Origin: Candidatus Cloacimonadales bacterium | GTDB taxonomy: Bacteria; Cloacimonadota; Cloacimonadia; Cloacimonadales; JAFGVF01 | DNA length: 64,000 nucleotides | Direction of reading: 5' to 3' | NCBI GenBank assembly: GCA_963678315.1 | Contig: OY782781.1 | Coordinates: 1,408,001-1,472,000 of the forward strand | Shown: positions 21,147 through 30,378 of the stretch, piece by piece | How positions within the stretch are numbered: position 1 is the first letter of the stretch | Layout: each line of letters begins with the position of its first letter | Notes under the pieces: generated by a model | The model's database searches: none | Told to the model about the DNA's origin: nothing | Seen by the model: only the letters and a program-made list of their open reading frames with translations | Translations under genes and position numbers: made by a program

Positions 21147-22436
21147 TTATATAATATCGTATTTCTTTAATGAACTATATAATTCTTTAGTGATTTCGGT
21201 AATTATATATACAAGAGGAACTGAGATAATCATTCCTAAAATCCCAAACAAGTATCCTCCAGCAACAACTGTTAAAAATACATGTAATGGATGCATATTT
21301 GTATTCTTACCAATAACAATAGGATATACAATGTTATTATCTAATACTTGAACTCCCCACATACCGAAGATTACGTAAATAATCATACCTAGATCTTGCC
21401 CAGATAGTATTACGGAAACAATTGCAAAGAGTACTCCGAAGAATGGTCCAAAGTAAGGGACCATATTTGCCAGACCTGCTAAAAAACCAATCAAAATAGA
21501 ATAATTTACTCCGATAATTGTTAAAACTATTGATGATAGTATACCAACTATTAACACTTCGATTAAAAGGGCTCTTAAGAAAGAAGAAACTAGCTCGTTA
21601 ATTTTATGAGTGATAGTTAAAAAAAGCTCAAAAATCCTGTTAGGAATAAACCTATTTCCCATTTTAATGAATATATTCATATCATTTAAGATAAAGAAAC
21701 TTATAAATGGAATCATGAATATAAAAGCGAACATAGAAGCTAACTTCTCAAGATTTACTAATAAGATAGCAGGTACTTCAATAATTTGTTGTTTTAATCT
21801 ATCAAAAGCATTTCTTATCTCATATCTTAAGTCAACAAAAACAATTCTTTCGTCTATATCCTCAATCAAATTATTAAGCTGTGCTATCAACGGATACTTA
21901 GCAAGTCTTTCCATTGATTTCTGATAAGTAGAATCTGCTTTTGTTAAACTTAAACTCTCAACTTGTCTGACAGTGTCAATTATTGCTGTATCTTTAGTTA
22001 ATGTGCCGTCTGCACTCAATGTCCATTTATCAGTAGTCTCATCATTATGCAGGTGAATGTTAATCACTCTTTCAGGAGGTAATTTATCTTTATCTCTTAT
22101 CTTTTCTTCAAAATCTTTCTTAGCTTTTGGAGAATTTATCTCATGAGATTCTCTCAAATATGAGAAAATATCCTCACCTTGCGAGAATATTCGAGGCAAG
22201 ACAACCAGCATTGATGTCGCTAGTATTATAGCTATAACTAGATATATTACTACGATAGAGAGTGTTCGGCTATAGCCATAACTTTCAATCCATGATACCG
22301 CAGGATTTAATACAAAGGCAAATACTATTGATGCTAAGACTGCGCTTAAAACATTCCAATAAAGGAAACCAGCAAACAATATTACTAATAGTAAAAAGCT
22401 GTTGAATAGTAGTCTATTAGTCTTCTTTAGCATCAC
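21147..22436 (-). CDS. AI-2E (PerM/UPF0118) family transporter
   Basis: Multiple TM helices; NMVPYFGP, QVLDNNIVYP, MHPL..GILGMIISVP. Confidence 0.88.
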   Translation of the reverse strand: MMLKKTNRLLFNSFLLLVILFAGFLYWNVLSAVLASIVFAFVLNPAVSWIESYGYSRTLSIVVIYLVIAIILATSMLVVLPRIFSQGEDIFSYLRESHEINSPKAKKDFEEKIRDKDKLPPERVINIHLHNDETTDKWTLSADGTLTKDTAIIDTVRQVESLSLTKADSTYQKSMERLAKYPLIAQLNNLIEDIDERIVFVDLRYEIRNAFDRLKQQIIEVPAILLVNLEKLASMFAFIFMIPFISFFILNDMNIFIKMGNRFIPNRIFELFLTITHKINELVSSFLRALLIEVLIVGILSSIVLTIIGVNYSILIGFLAGLANMVPYFGPFFGVLFAIVSVILSGQDLGMIIYVIFGMWGVQVLDNNIVYPIVIGKNTNMHPLHVFLTVVAGGYLFGILGMIISVPLVYIITEITKELYSSLKKYDII

Positions 22437-22953
22437 TTTCCTGCTTTATGATTTTCTCATACAAAGAATAGCTATATTTTTCACAGAAAGAATATAAAAT
22501 CTTGGAACCTATCCTAGGTTTATTTTTAACCATATTTCTAAAGTCAAACTTTGAAATCGCAAGTACATGACAAGGTGTTTTAGCGATAGCAGTAGACAGT
22601 CTTTTAGTGCCTGTAAAAATCTCTATTGAGCCTAGTAAATTCCCTTTTTCAAGCTCCAAAGTTGGGTTTTCATCAAGCTCATTATCATATAATTCAACTT
22701 GTCCCTCATATATAAAATATAGAGCAATATTTGGGTGGTTCTTTTGGAAAATAACTTCGCCTGCTTTATAGTTTCTCTCGAAAACAATATTGTTTAATGC
22801 TCTTATCTCGAATTTATTCAAAGACTTGAATACACTAAAATCTAATAATAGTTTCTCATGGTCAGTTAAATTGATAAGATTGTCTTTCTTCTTTTTAATA
22901 TATAAGAAGGACATTTTCAAAAATTCTAAAACACTTTCTAGCTTTTTTCCCAT
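22417..22953 (-). CDS. Cyclic nucleotide-binding domain protein
   Basis: YKAGEVIF, LYFIYEGQV, GNLLGSIE, RLSTAIA; likely start at MGKK (22953) after a GGAG RBS. Confidence 0.8.
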   Translation of the reverse strand: MGKKLESVLEFLKMSFLYIKKKKDNLINLTDHEKLLLDFSVFKSLNKFEIRALNNIVFERNYKAGEVIFQKNHPNIALYFIYEGQVELYDNELDENPTLELEKGNLLGSIEIFTGTKRLSTAIAKTPCHVLAISKFDFRNMVKNKPRIGSKILYSFCEKYSYSLYEKIIKQESDAKED

Positions 22954-23591
22954 CCTGCTTCTCCAATTAATGGAACAAATGAACAAGGTATTCCATCATA
23001 TTCTTCATAATCGTTTTCTCTTCTAACTATTATCTTCAAATCTTGCTTTTGTATATCTCCAACTGGTATTACCATAATCCCATTTACTTTTAACTGCTCT
23101 TTCAAATATTCTGAAACATCCGGAGCTCCTGCACACACAATTATTTTGTCGAAACTCTTAATTGAAGGATAAGCTCTTTCCCAGCCTTTTGTACCATCTC
23201 CAGTTCTTAAAAAAATATTTTTAAAGTCATACTTCTCTAGATTTTTTCTTGCAGTTATAGTTAGCTCATTATGGCGTTCAACAGAGCAAACAGTATCAAC
23301 TATATTGGCTAATAGAGCTGTCTGATAGCCTGAACCTGTACCAATTTCTAAAACAACATCTTCAGGTTGAAGCTGTAATATTTGTAGCATTAAAGCTACA
23401 ATGAAGGGTTGCGAAATTGTTTGCTCAGATTTAATTGGCAATGCCTGATTCTTATAGGCAAAAGCTTTTAAATGAGGTAATACGAAATCTTCTCTATTGA
23501 TAACTTCAAAAGCATTAAGCACTTTTGGGTCAGTGATTTGCTGAGACTTTAGTTCACTTATTAGTTTAGCTTTCTGATCTTCAAATCTCAT
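22938..23591 (-). CDS. pcm: Protein-L-isoaspartate O-methyltransferase
   Basis: QTISQP, VLEIGTGSGYQTA, GDGTKGW, FVPLIG. Confidence 0.96.
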   Translation of the reverse strand: MRFEDQKAKLISELKSQQITDPKVLNAFEVINREDFVLPHLKAFAYKNQALPIKSEQTISQPFIVALMLQILQLQPEDVVLEIGTGSGYQTALLANIVDTVCSVERHNELTITARKNLEKYDFKNIFLRTGDGTKGWERAYPSIKSFDKIIVCAGAPDVSEYLKEQLKVNGIMVIPVGDIQKQDLKIIVRRENDYEEYDGIPCSFVPLIGEAGWEKS

Positions 23592-24331
23592 AATTTATAG
23601 ATCTCTTCCATCTTCTTTAAGTCGTTAAAACACATCGATTTTCTCATTAGTGGTGTGATTGAAACATAATCATGAGCTACAGCATAAAAATCACTACTTG
23701 CATTTTCAACCCATTCTGGAGCGTCTCCACCAACCCTATAAACCCATCTCGAATCGTTTTTCTCAGTAAATCTCATGAAATTCTTGTAGCGTCTTTCTCC
23801 AATATTCGTAAGTTTATAACCTTTAATGTCTTCGAAAGGAATGTTAGGGATATTTATGTTATGAAGTTCATTTTTTCTAAGTTGTTTGTGAATACCCATT
23901 TCAAGAACTTGAACTACAACTTCAACACCTGTTTCATAAGTGATGTCTGAATAAGCACACATAGAGAATGCCAAGGCTGGTATTCCTAAAAAACATGCCT
24001 CTGTCGCAGCAGCTACTGTTCCAGAATAGAATATATCTTCTCCCATATTTTGACCTGCATTTATTCCTGATATTACTAAATCAAAATCTGTTGCAATCTC
24101 ATTTGTAGCAAAGATAACACAATCTGCTGGAGTTCCACTAACTCGATATATTTTATTATGAACTTTTTCTGCTATTAAATCTTGAAATAAAGTAATTGAG
24201 TGTGATGCACCAGATCGTTGCCTATCTGGAGCAACTAAATAGGCATCGTAACCTAAGTTATTTAATCTATCAAATAAAAGCTGAATCCCCTCAGCATTAT
24301 ACCCATCATCGTTAGTTAATAATATTTTCAA
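23588..24331 (-). CDS. surE: 5'/3'-nucleotidase SurE
   Basis: ILLTNDDG, SGASHS, GTPADCV, SGINAGQN, YSGTVAAA. Confidence 0.96.
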   Translation of the reverse strand: MKILLTNDDGYNAEGIQLLFDRLNNLGYDAYLVAPDRQRSGASHSITLFQDLIAEKVHNKIYRVSGTPADCVIFATNEIATDFDLVISGINAGQNMGEDIFYSGTVAAATEACFLGIPALAFSMCAYSDITYETGVEVVVQVLEMGIHKQLRKNELHNINIPNIPFEDIKGYKLTNIGERRYKNFMRFTEKNDSRWVYRVGGDAPEWVENASSDFYAVAHDYVSITPLMRKSMCFNDLKKMEEIYKL

Positions 24332-24417
24332 GAAATTCTCCTGTAATAAATTTATCTTATCAAATCAAATCATCTTTAACTTGTCAAGAAAATATCTTTT
24401 ACATAAACTCAATTTAT

Positions 24418-24510
24418 GAGTACTCAAGCTTCTAGCTTGCCGATTGTAGATGTTTTTTTCACCCACGATTGAAATCATGAGCTCTAAGGATATTATGTCC
24501 CCAAGGGACA
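24418..24510 (-). repeat. REP-like palindromic units (caagc-ttcta-gcttg; CCC..GGG plus AGC-palindrome unit)
   Basis: Reverse complement of 24461-24483 matches 25096-25118 at 21/23 nt. Confidence 0.7.
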
Positions 24511-24888
24511 TCAGTTTTTTTCTGGTGGGTACTCAATAGTTATAATATCCCAATTAGAAATTATTTGCTGGAAGCTGATTGTAGCTAGTTCTATGTTTGT
24601 AACTTGCTTCTTAAAGGCGAACATCAGTTTATAGAAAACAATGTAAATAGAACGTAATCTTAGTTTTCTATTAATTCGATGTAAGTCTCTAATTTGTTCT
24701 TGAGGAAGAAGCTTGTACATCTTGGCTAGGTTCTTGGCATATCCACCCATTTTCTTATTTTGCTGAGAGCTCTTTGGTTTAACGTATCTTCTTGCTATAA
24801 GGTAGGGAAGACCTTTAACTTGATAGACAACTAAATTTTTATCAGAGTGTTGTTTAGCATAATACTTCATATCTAAAAATAGTTTCAT
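24511..24888 (-). CDS. Small basic hypothetical protein (resembles a multicopy Cloacimonadota family)
   Basis: AAGGA RBS; IARRYVKPK..QN..G...KNL...Y and F.KLMFA.KK pattern recognised from memory. Confidence 0.65.
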   Translation of the reverse strand: MKLFLDMKYYAKQHSDKNLVVYQVKGLPYLIARRYVKPKSSQQNKKMGGYAKNLAKMYKLLPQEQIRDLHRINRKLRLRSIYIVFYKLMFAFKKQVTNIELATISFQQIISNWDIITIEYPPEKN

Positions 24889-24924
24889 TATCTTTCCTTT
24901 AGCCTAATTTTTTTAAGAGAATTT

Positions 24925-24976
24925 ACTACCCTTCATAAATACTATGGGCACACTTTTCTTAAAAAAGGCACACTTC
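24925..24976 (-). promoter_or_regulatory. AAGTGTGCC direct-repeat motif (20-bp period) followed by CATAGTATTTATG
   Basis: Near-identical second copy at 59391-59440 on the + strand. Confidence 0.55.
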
Positions 24977-25071
24977 AGGAAAATAATTACAGAAATACCC
25001 TAAAAAAGTATATTATAAATTTGTGGAAGGATGAACAAGGTGCACACATAGCTTCGAAAACTATCTAAAAT

Positions 25072-25160
25072 ACCCTAGAAGGATATATTATCAAAAGCCC
25101 ATGATTTCAATCATGGGTAATAAATGAGCATTTAATTTGTAGTCCTGAAGGGACTTGAAT
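25072..25160 (+). repeat. REP-like unit: CCC..GG hairpin, AGCCCATGATTTCAATCATGGG palindrome, GTCCTGAAGGGAC hairpin
   Basis: Same architecture in inverted orientation at 24460-24510 and 25433-25481. Confidence 0.7.
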
Positions 25161-25195
25161 ATAGGCATTCAGCAAAATAAGTACTTACAGCACTT

Positions 25196-25416
25196 TTAAT
25201 CCAAATAATGCACTAGGATTTTAAAAATAGCACTATATTATTCCTGTGAAGGCGTAGCTTTAGCGAAGACTCATGGCAAGAATAACTTCCATAATCTCAA
25301 CTAGAATATATATTATTCAAGCTTCGATTCTGTAAGATATTTTGCTGAAAGACCGTGTCTGGCTTAGACGGAATCTGCACTATTTTCATAAAGCCTAATG
25401 CATCATCTGGGTTTAA
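25196..25416 (+). mobile_element. MITE-like element copy A (170-bp core plus 31- and 20-bp insertions)
   Basis: ~20-bp imperfect TIRs (ccaaataatgcactagg / cctaatgcatcatctggg) bounded by TTAA; aligns with 25667-25836. Confidence 0.75.
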
Positions 25417-25666
25417 CAATTTTAATTTATTATCACCTAGCTTTGAAAAGCTAGGCTTTGGATAATTAATCCCTTCGGGATATTTATGGATAGCCTTCAT
25501 TCGAAAAGAACAAGTATTTTCGAATTCGGAGTGTTCACGATCCATCATCTAGTAACTCCCCTTCACTCTTTCTAACTCCAATCTCACTTCTAGCTCAAGC
25601 CCTTCTTGCATAAAAACCAGATTTAATGCAGGAGGCTGGTAATAAATAATAAATAAGAACTAGCTT

Positions 25667-25836
25667 TTAACCCAAATAATGTACTAGGACTTGAAAAATA
25701 GCACTATATTATTTGGCAAGAATAACTTCCATAATCTCAACTAGAATATATATTATTCAAGCTTCGATTCTGTAAGCTATTTTGCTGAAATAATCTGCAC
25801 TATTTTCGTCAAACCTAGTGCATCATCTGGGTTTAA
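25667..25836 (+). mobile_element. MITE-like element copy B (170 bp)
   Basis: ttaacccaaataatgtactagg ... cctagtgcatcatctgggtttaa; core shared with copies A and C. Confidence 0.75.
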
Positions 25837-25968
25837 TCAAATAATACACTAGACTTAATTTATAGAAAAAATATTTTTAATGTAACTCAACAAATGGTTT
25901 GACATTTTACATAGTGTAGATATAATGTGTAGTAGGAATATTGTAGATTAAATTTAGGAGCTGATAAG

Positions 25969-26454
25969 ATGAAAAAACTAGTAATTATAACTATGTTATT
26001 TGCAGTTGTGTTTAGCTTAAATGCCCAACTAAGAATTGGGGATTCAGGGACGAATCTACTTCCTTCTGATTGGTCATGGTCACCAAATAGCTGGAATTGG
26101 AATCCCAATAACTATTCATTACTAAATCCAAATAATTATAGCATGAATCACTCTATGTCTTTTGCTACTTCTTATTCAAACGGATTATCATTTTACCAAT
26201 CAACTTATACAAATCACATTTCTTATCAAGTTAATAAGGATTTAGATATAAATGTAGATTTGCACTTTACCAATTTTGGTTCAGCAAACATAAGTGATGG
26301 TTTTAACATAGAATCTAATGGCGATAATACAAGTGATATAGTACCTGATTTCTCAGTGGAATACAGACCTACTGAAAATACAACAATCAACTTTGTTTAT
26401 AAGGGTGGCTATCCTGGAAGAGCTTATAACAGATTTTATGATTGGAGGGATTAA
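25969..26454 (+). CDS. Secreted hypothetical protein
   Basis: Signal peptide; TTGACA-N16-TATAAT at 25899-25926; AGGAG RBS. Confidence 0.75.
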   Translation: MKKLVIITMLFAVVFSLNAQLRIGDSGTNLLPSDWSWSPNSWNWNPNNYSLLNPNNYSMNHSMSFATSYSNGLSFYQSTYTNHISYQVNKDLDINVDLHFTNFGSANISDGFNIESNGDNTSDIVPDFSVEYRPTENTTINFVYKGGYPGRAYNRFYDWRD

Positions 26455-27243
26455 TTGGAGTTAGAAGGAATTATCATATTCTTTCTTATGTTGCTTGGTC
26501 TGGCATTTGGAAGTTTTTTTAATGTTGTAATATATCGTTTACCTGAAAATAAATCACTTATTCCGTCATCGAAGTGCCCTACATGTGGTAAATCAATACC
26601 CTTTTGGTTAAACATTCCCATTCTCTCATGGATAGTATTAGGTGGAAAGTGTAAATACTGCAAAAGTCCGATAAAATGGCACTATCTTATTGTAGAATTT
26701 ATCACGCCAATTATCTATTTATTAGTATATTTAAAATTTAATGATCAGCCTATTCCTATAATTCTAAAGTACTTAGTGTTCTTTTCTTATGGTAATATCA
26801 TACTATTTATTGATATTTACCACATGAGAATTCCTTTCAAATTATCAATTCCACTTATAGTTTTAGGCATTTTAACTAATCTAATTCCTCAAAATGATAT
26901 TTCTTTAGTCAATAGTCTCATCGGAGGAGGAGGATCTTTCTTATTCTTTACTGGCTTAATGGTAGCCTATTATTATATCAGAGGTAAAGATGGTCTGGGC
27001 TTTGGAGATGTCTTACTACTTACTGCAATAGGCTTTTTCACAGGAATTAATAGCCTAGCCTTTATTCTAGTTTTTGCTTCTATAGTGGGAGTTATAGTAA
27101 TGTCTGCAGTCATGAAATATGGCAAAGATAAGTTGTTTCCTTTTGGACCTTTTCTTGTTTTAGCCTCATGGATATATATACTTTGGGCACATAAGTATGT
27201 AGACCTATATTTTGAGTATATGAAAATATTTATCAAAGGATAA
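26455..27243 (+). CDS. pilD: Prepilin peptidase (A24)
   Basis: GSFFNVVIYRLP, CPTC..NIPILSW..GKCKYC, GLGFGD, PFGPFL. Confidence 0.93.
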   Translation: MELEGIIIFFLMLLGLAFGSFFNVVIYRLPENKSLIPSSKCPTCGKSIPFWLNIPILSWIVLGGKCKYCKSPIKWHYLIVEFITPIIYLLVYLKFNDQPIPIILKYLVFFSYGNIILFIDIYHMRIPFKLSIPLIVLGILTNLIPQNDISLVNSLIGGGGSFLFFTGLMVAYYYIRGKDGLGFGDVLLLTAIGFFTGINSLAFILVFASIVGVIVMSAVMKYGKDKLFPFGPFLVLASWIYILWAHKYVDLYFEYMKIFIKG

Positions 27244-27246
27244 AGT

Positions 27247-28110
27247 TTGGATTTTATTACACAAAGATTCGAAAATCTAGTTACTACAAATAGGGTAAAG
27301 GCTGTTGACTTAATAAAAGAAGCTATTAAGAATGAGCCTAATAATGCTGAATATTTAACAAGTTATGGTAAATACCTGTGCGAAAATGATTACACTGTTG
27401 AAGGAGTGAAACTTTTAATGAAAGCAGATAAAATTAAGAGTTTAGACCTTCCTGTTAAGTTCACTTTAGCTAATTCACTGTTAAAGCTGGGCGAGTATGC
27501 AGAAGCAATTATCTATTTTAAACATCTAAAGAAAGATTATCCAGAAGCAAGTTATAATTCAGCTATATGTTATATTCGTATCAATAAACTTGATGAAGCA
27601 ATCAAAGAACTTAGGTCACTTAGAAATTCCAAATTTCTTGCTCAAGAAGCTCAAAAACTACTTATTAGTATTCTTAATTTTCGCTTTGACCATGAAGAGC
27701 TTTATAAAGAATTAGAATATTATAAATCAGCCTTCGGAGAAGATGAGTACTATCATCTAGAAAGTGGCAAAGAAGCTGTTGTGAATCACCGAGATTTTGA
27801 AGCTATTAAGCACTTTCAAAAACTTAAAAATAGTGATATTGATAAAGATTCATATTATTCATTATTCGTAATTTCTTTGAATAGATTAGAAAACTATGAG
27901 CTAAGCTTGGAAATATTAAAATATCTCTGGAAAGCAAAGCCTGAAGATTACCATTTAACCTATGACTTTGCTCAGTGCCTTATTAACTGCAAGAAATACA
28001 GTCAAGCTCTTGATGTTATAGATTATTATGTTGAAGATAATGAAGAATCATCAGAAATGAAGTACCTACGAGTCAAGGCTGAAAACCTTTTAAAGCTAAC
28101 TAATCCCTAG
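27247..28110 (+). CDS. Tetratricopeptide repeat protein
   Basis: Helical repeats EPNNAEYL..YG, LGEYAEAI..F, YNSAICY. Confidence 0.75.
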   Translation: MDFITQRFENLVTTNRVKAVDLIKEAIKNEPNNAEYLTSYGKYLCENDYTVEGVKLLMKADKIKSLDLPVKFTLANSLLKLGEYAEAIIYFKHLKKDYPEASYNSAICYIRINKLDEAIKELRSLRNSKFLAQEAQKLLISILNFRFDHEELYKELEYYKSAFGEDEYYHLESGKEAVVNHRDFEAIKHFQKLKNSDIDKDSYYSLFVISLNRLENYELSLEILKYLWKAKPEDYHLTYDFAQCLINCKKYSQALDVIDYYVEDNEESSEMKYLRVKAENLLKLTNP

Positions 28111-28146
28111 AAAAAGTATCCTATAAAAAAAATAACTAAAAAATAC

Positions 28147-28177
28147 TTGACACCTATTTGCACAAATTGACAATTTG
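28147..28177 (+). promoter_or_regulatory. arsR promoter (-35 TTGACA) with a 7-1-7 inverted repeat, candidate ArsR operator
   Basis: caaattg-a-caatttg at 28163-28177 overlapping the -10 region. Confidence 0.55.
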
Positions 28178-28191
28178 ATCAAGAGGTAAAC

Positions 28192-28506
28192 ATGACCCAA
28201 GAAGAACAAAGAAAATTTAATGTAATGTCTAAGATTGTGAAGGCTATGTCTCACCCAACTAGACTTTTTATTGTAGATAAATTAAAAGAAAGAAAACACT
28301 GTGTATGTGAATTAACAGATATGATTGATTCAGATATTTCAACTGTTTCAAGACATCTTTCTGTCTTGAAGAACGCTGGTATTCTAATGGATGAAAAGGT
28401 TAAGAATAACGTATATTATTCTCTTAGATGCCCATGTGTAACTGATTTTTTCTCATGTGTGATAAATATTATTAGAACACAACATGAGGATGTAGAAGGT
28501 TTATAA
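28192..28506 (+). CDS. arsR: ArsR/SmtB family repressor
   Basis: KAMSHPTRL, CVCEL metal site, STVSRHLSVLKNAG. Confidence 0.9.
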   Translation: MTQEEQRKFNVMSKIVKAMSHPTRLFIVDKLKERKHCVCELTDMIDSDISTVSRHLSVLKNAGILMDEKVKNNVYYSLRCPCVTDFFSCVINIIRTQHEDVEGL

Positions 28507-28615
28507 GCTAAAACATATTAAGTATGTATCGTATTAAATAATAAATAAATATAAAATTAAAGGAATTAGAATTAGTGCAGACCAATTACTGATTTCCTTT
28601 TTTTATAAAAAGGTG

Positions 28616-28640
28616 TTTGCCCTTTTGACCAAATGGCAAA
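28616..28640 (+). promoter_or_regulatory. Second candidate ArsR box upstream of arsC
   Basis: tttgcccttt-tgacc-aaatggcaaa, 10-5-10 inverted repeat with 1 mismatch. Confidence 0.45.
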
Positions 28641-28669
28641 ATTAACAAAATCTTAACAGGAGATTAATT

Positions 28670-29062
28670 ATGAAGAAAGTTCTATTCTTATGTACTGGTA
28701 ACTCATGCAGAAGTCAAATTGCAGAAGGATTTTTGAAACAAGACAGTAACTTTGAAGTTGTCTCAGCAGGAACTATACCTGCAAAACAAGTTAATCCAAA
28801 TGCTGTGAAAGTAATGGAAGAGATAGGTATTGATATTTCTAATCATACTCCAAAGCTAGTTGCTGGCTTTTTAAGCGAAGGTTTTGATGCAGTAGTAACT
28901 GTATGTGATCATGCTAATGAAACATGTCCTATTTTCTTAGGCCAAGTAAAGAAAAGGCTTCATAAGAGCTTCGAAGATCCAGATGGCCACGGAATTGAAA
29001 AGTTCATCGAAGTTAGAGATAAAATAGCAAGCTATATTGAGGAACTAAAAACTCAAATCTAA
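28670..29062 (+). CDS. arsC: Thioredoxin-coupled arsenate reductase (LMWP fold)
   Basis: CTGNSCRSQ, resolving cysteines in CDHANETCP, FEDP. Confidence 0.9.
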   Translation: MKKVLFLCTGNSCRSQIAEGFLKQDSNFEVVSAGTIPAKQVNPNAVKVMEEIGIDISNHTPKLVAGFLSEGFDAVVTVCDHANETCPIFLGQVKKRLHKSFEDPDGHGIEKFIEVRDKIASYIEELKTQI

Positions 29063-29084
29063 TTGATTTTTTGAGAGGAGAAAT

Positions 29085-30053
29085 ATGTTTAATTGGCTTG
29101 ATAACTTAGTAACAAAACTAGTTGAGAAAGTGTTCAACATAAGTAGAGCAACAGATCTTGGTGAAAGTATTCATTTCTTCATCTATGATACTGTTAAGAT
29201 TCTTATCCTACTGTCTTTTATGATATTCTTAATATCATATATAAGGTCTTATTTTCAACCTGAAAGAACAAAAAGAATAATTGGTAAATTTAAAGGTATA
29301 AGTGCTAATATTATGGCTTCTTTATTAGGTATTGTAACACCTTTCTGCTCATGCTCTTCAGTACCTTTATTTATTGGTTTTGTGGAAGCTGGAATTCCAT
29401 TAGGTGTGACTTTCTCATTCCTAATAACTTCACCAATAGTAAATGAAGCAGCATTTGTTATACTTTTAGCAGCTTTTGGCTGGAAAATAGCATTGATATA
29501 TGTCCTAAGTGGTGTTATACTAGGTGTTATTGGTGGTTGGTTGATTCAGAAACTGAAACTAGAAAAATATGTTGAAGAATATGTTTGGAAGATGCAAACA
29601 GGTGCTGGGCAAATGACTGACATGTCTCAAATGGAAAGAGTTAAATACTCACTTGAACAGCTAAAATTCATCATCAAAAAAATCTGGTTATTCTTAATCA
29701 TTGGTATTGGAATTGGGGCTGTAATTCATGGTTGGGCACCTGGTGAACTCTTATCCAAGTGGGCTGGACCTGATAATCCACTAGCTGTATTTGTAGCAGT
29801 TATTCTTGGAATTCCATTATATTCAAACGCTTTGGGAACTATACCAATAGCAGAAGCTTTGATAGGAAAAGGGGTAGGACTTGGAACTGCACTTGCTTTT
29901 ATGATGGCAGTAACAGCTCTTTCTCTTCCAGAGATGATAATTCTTAGGAAAGTAATAAAACCTAAGTTGATAGCATATTTCATTACTATTACAGGTATCG
30001 GAATAATCTTGATTGGATACTTATTTAATATAATATATAAATTTATTGTTTAG
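29085..30053 (+). CDS. arsP: ArsP/DUF318 permease
   Basis: TPFCSCSSVP, SPIVNE, GIPLYSN, ALSLPE; ars context. Confidence 0.85.
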   Translation: MFNWLDNLVTKLVEKVFNISRATDLGESIHFFIYDTVKILILLSFMIFLISYIRSYFQPERTKRIIGKFKGISANIMASLLGIVTPFCSCSSVPLFIGFVEAGIPLGVTFSFLITSPIVNEAAFVILLAAFGWKIALIYVLSGVILGVIGGWLIQKLKLEKYVEEYVWKMQTGAGQMTDMSQMERVKYSLEQLKFIIKKIWLFLIIGIGIGAVIHGWAPGELLSKWAGPDNPLAVFVAVILGIPLYSNALGTIPIAEALIGKGVGLGTALAFMMAVTALSLPEMIILRKVIKPKLIAYFITITGIGIILIGYLFNIIYKFIV

Positions 30054-30061
30054 GAGAAAAA

Positions 30062-30298
30062 ATGAATATTAAAGTACTCGGATCTGGTTGTGCTAAATGC
30101 AAAACCCTAGAAAAGATAGTTAGAAAATCTTTAGAAGAATTGAATATGGAAGCTGACGTAGAAAAGGTAACAGAAATTCAAGATATCATGAGCTATGGTG
30201 TTATGATGACCCCAGCTCTGGTAATTGATGAAAAAGTTATCTCTTCAGGCAAATCTTACTCTTCAAAAGATATGAAGAAACTTCTTTCCTCATTATAG
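30062..30298 (+). CDS. Small redox-active disulfide protein (TM0996/MTH895-like thioredoxin)
   Basis: KVLGSGCAKC, YGVMMTPALVIDEKV. Confidence 0.9.
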   Translation: MNIKVLGSGCAKCKTLEKIVRKSLEELNMEADVEKVTEIQDIMSYGVMMTPALVIDEKVISSGKSYSSKDMKKLLSSL

Positions 30299-30318
30299 AC
30301 TTTTAGAGGATTTTACTT

Positions 30319-30358
30319 AAGAGCGTAAAGTGTTTAATATACTTTATGCTCTTTTTTT
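30319..30358 (+). terminator. Intrinsic terminator of the ars operon
   Basis: aagagcgtaaagt...actttatgctc followed by a T7 tract. Confidence 0.75.
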
Positions 30359-30378
30359 GTATGATGCTATTGATAAGA

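Noticed and set aside
25297..25548. 83-aa minus-strand ORF
   Set aside because: Runs through MITE and REP sequence and has no recognisable domain.
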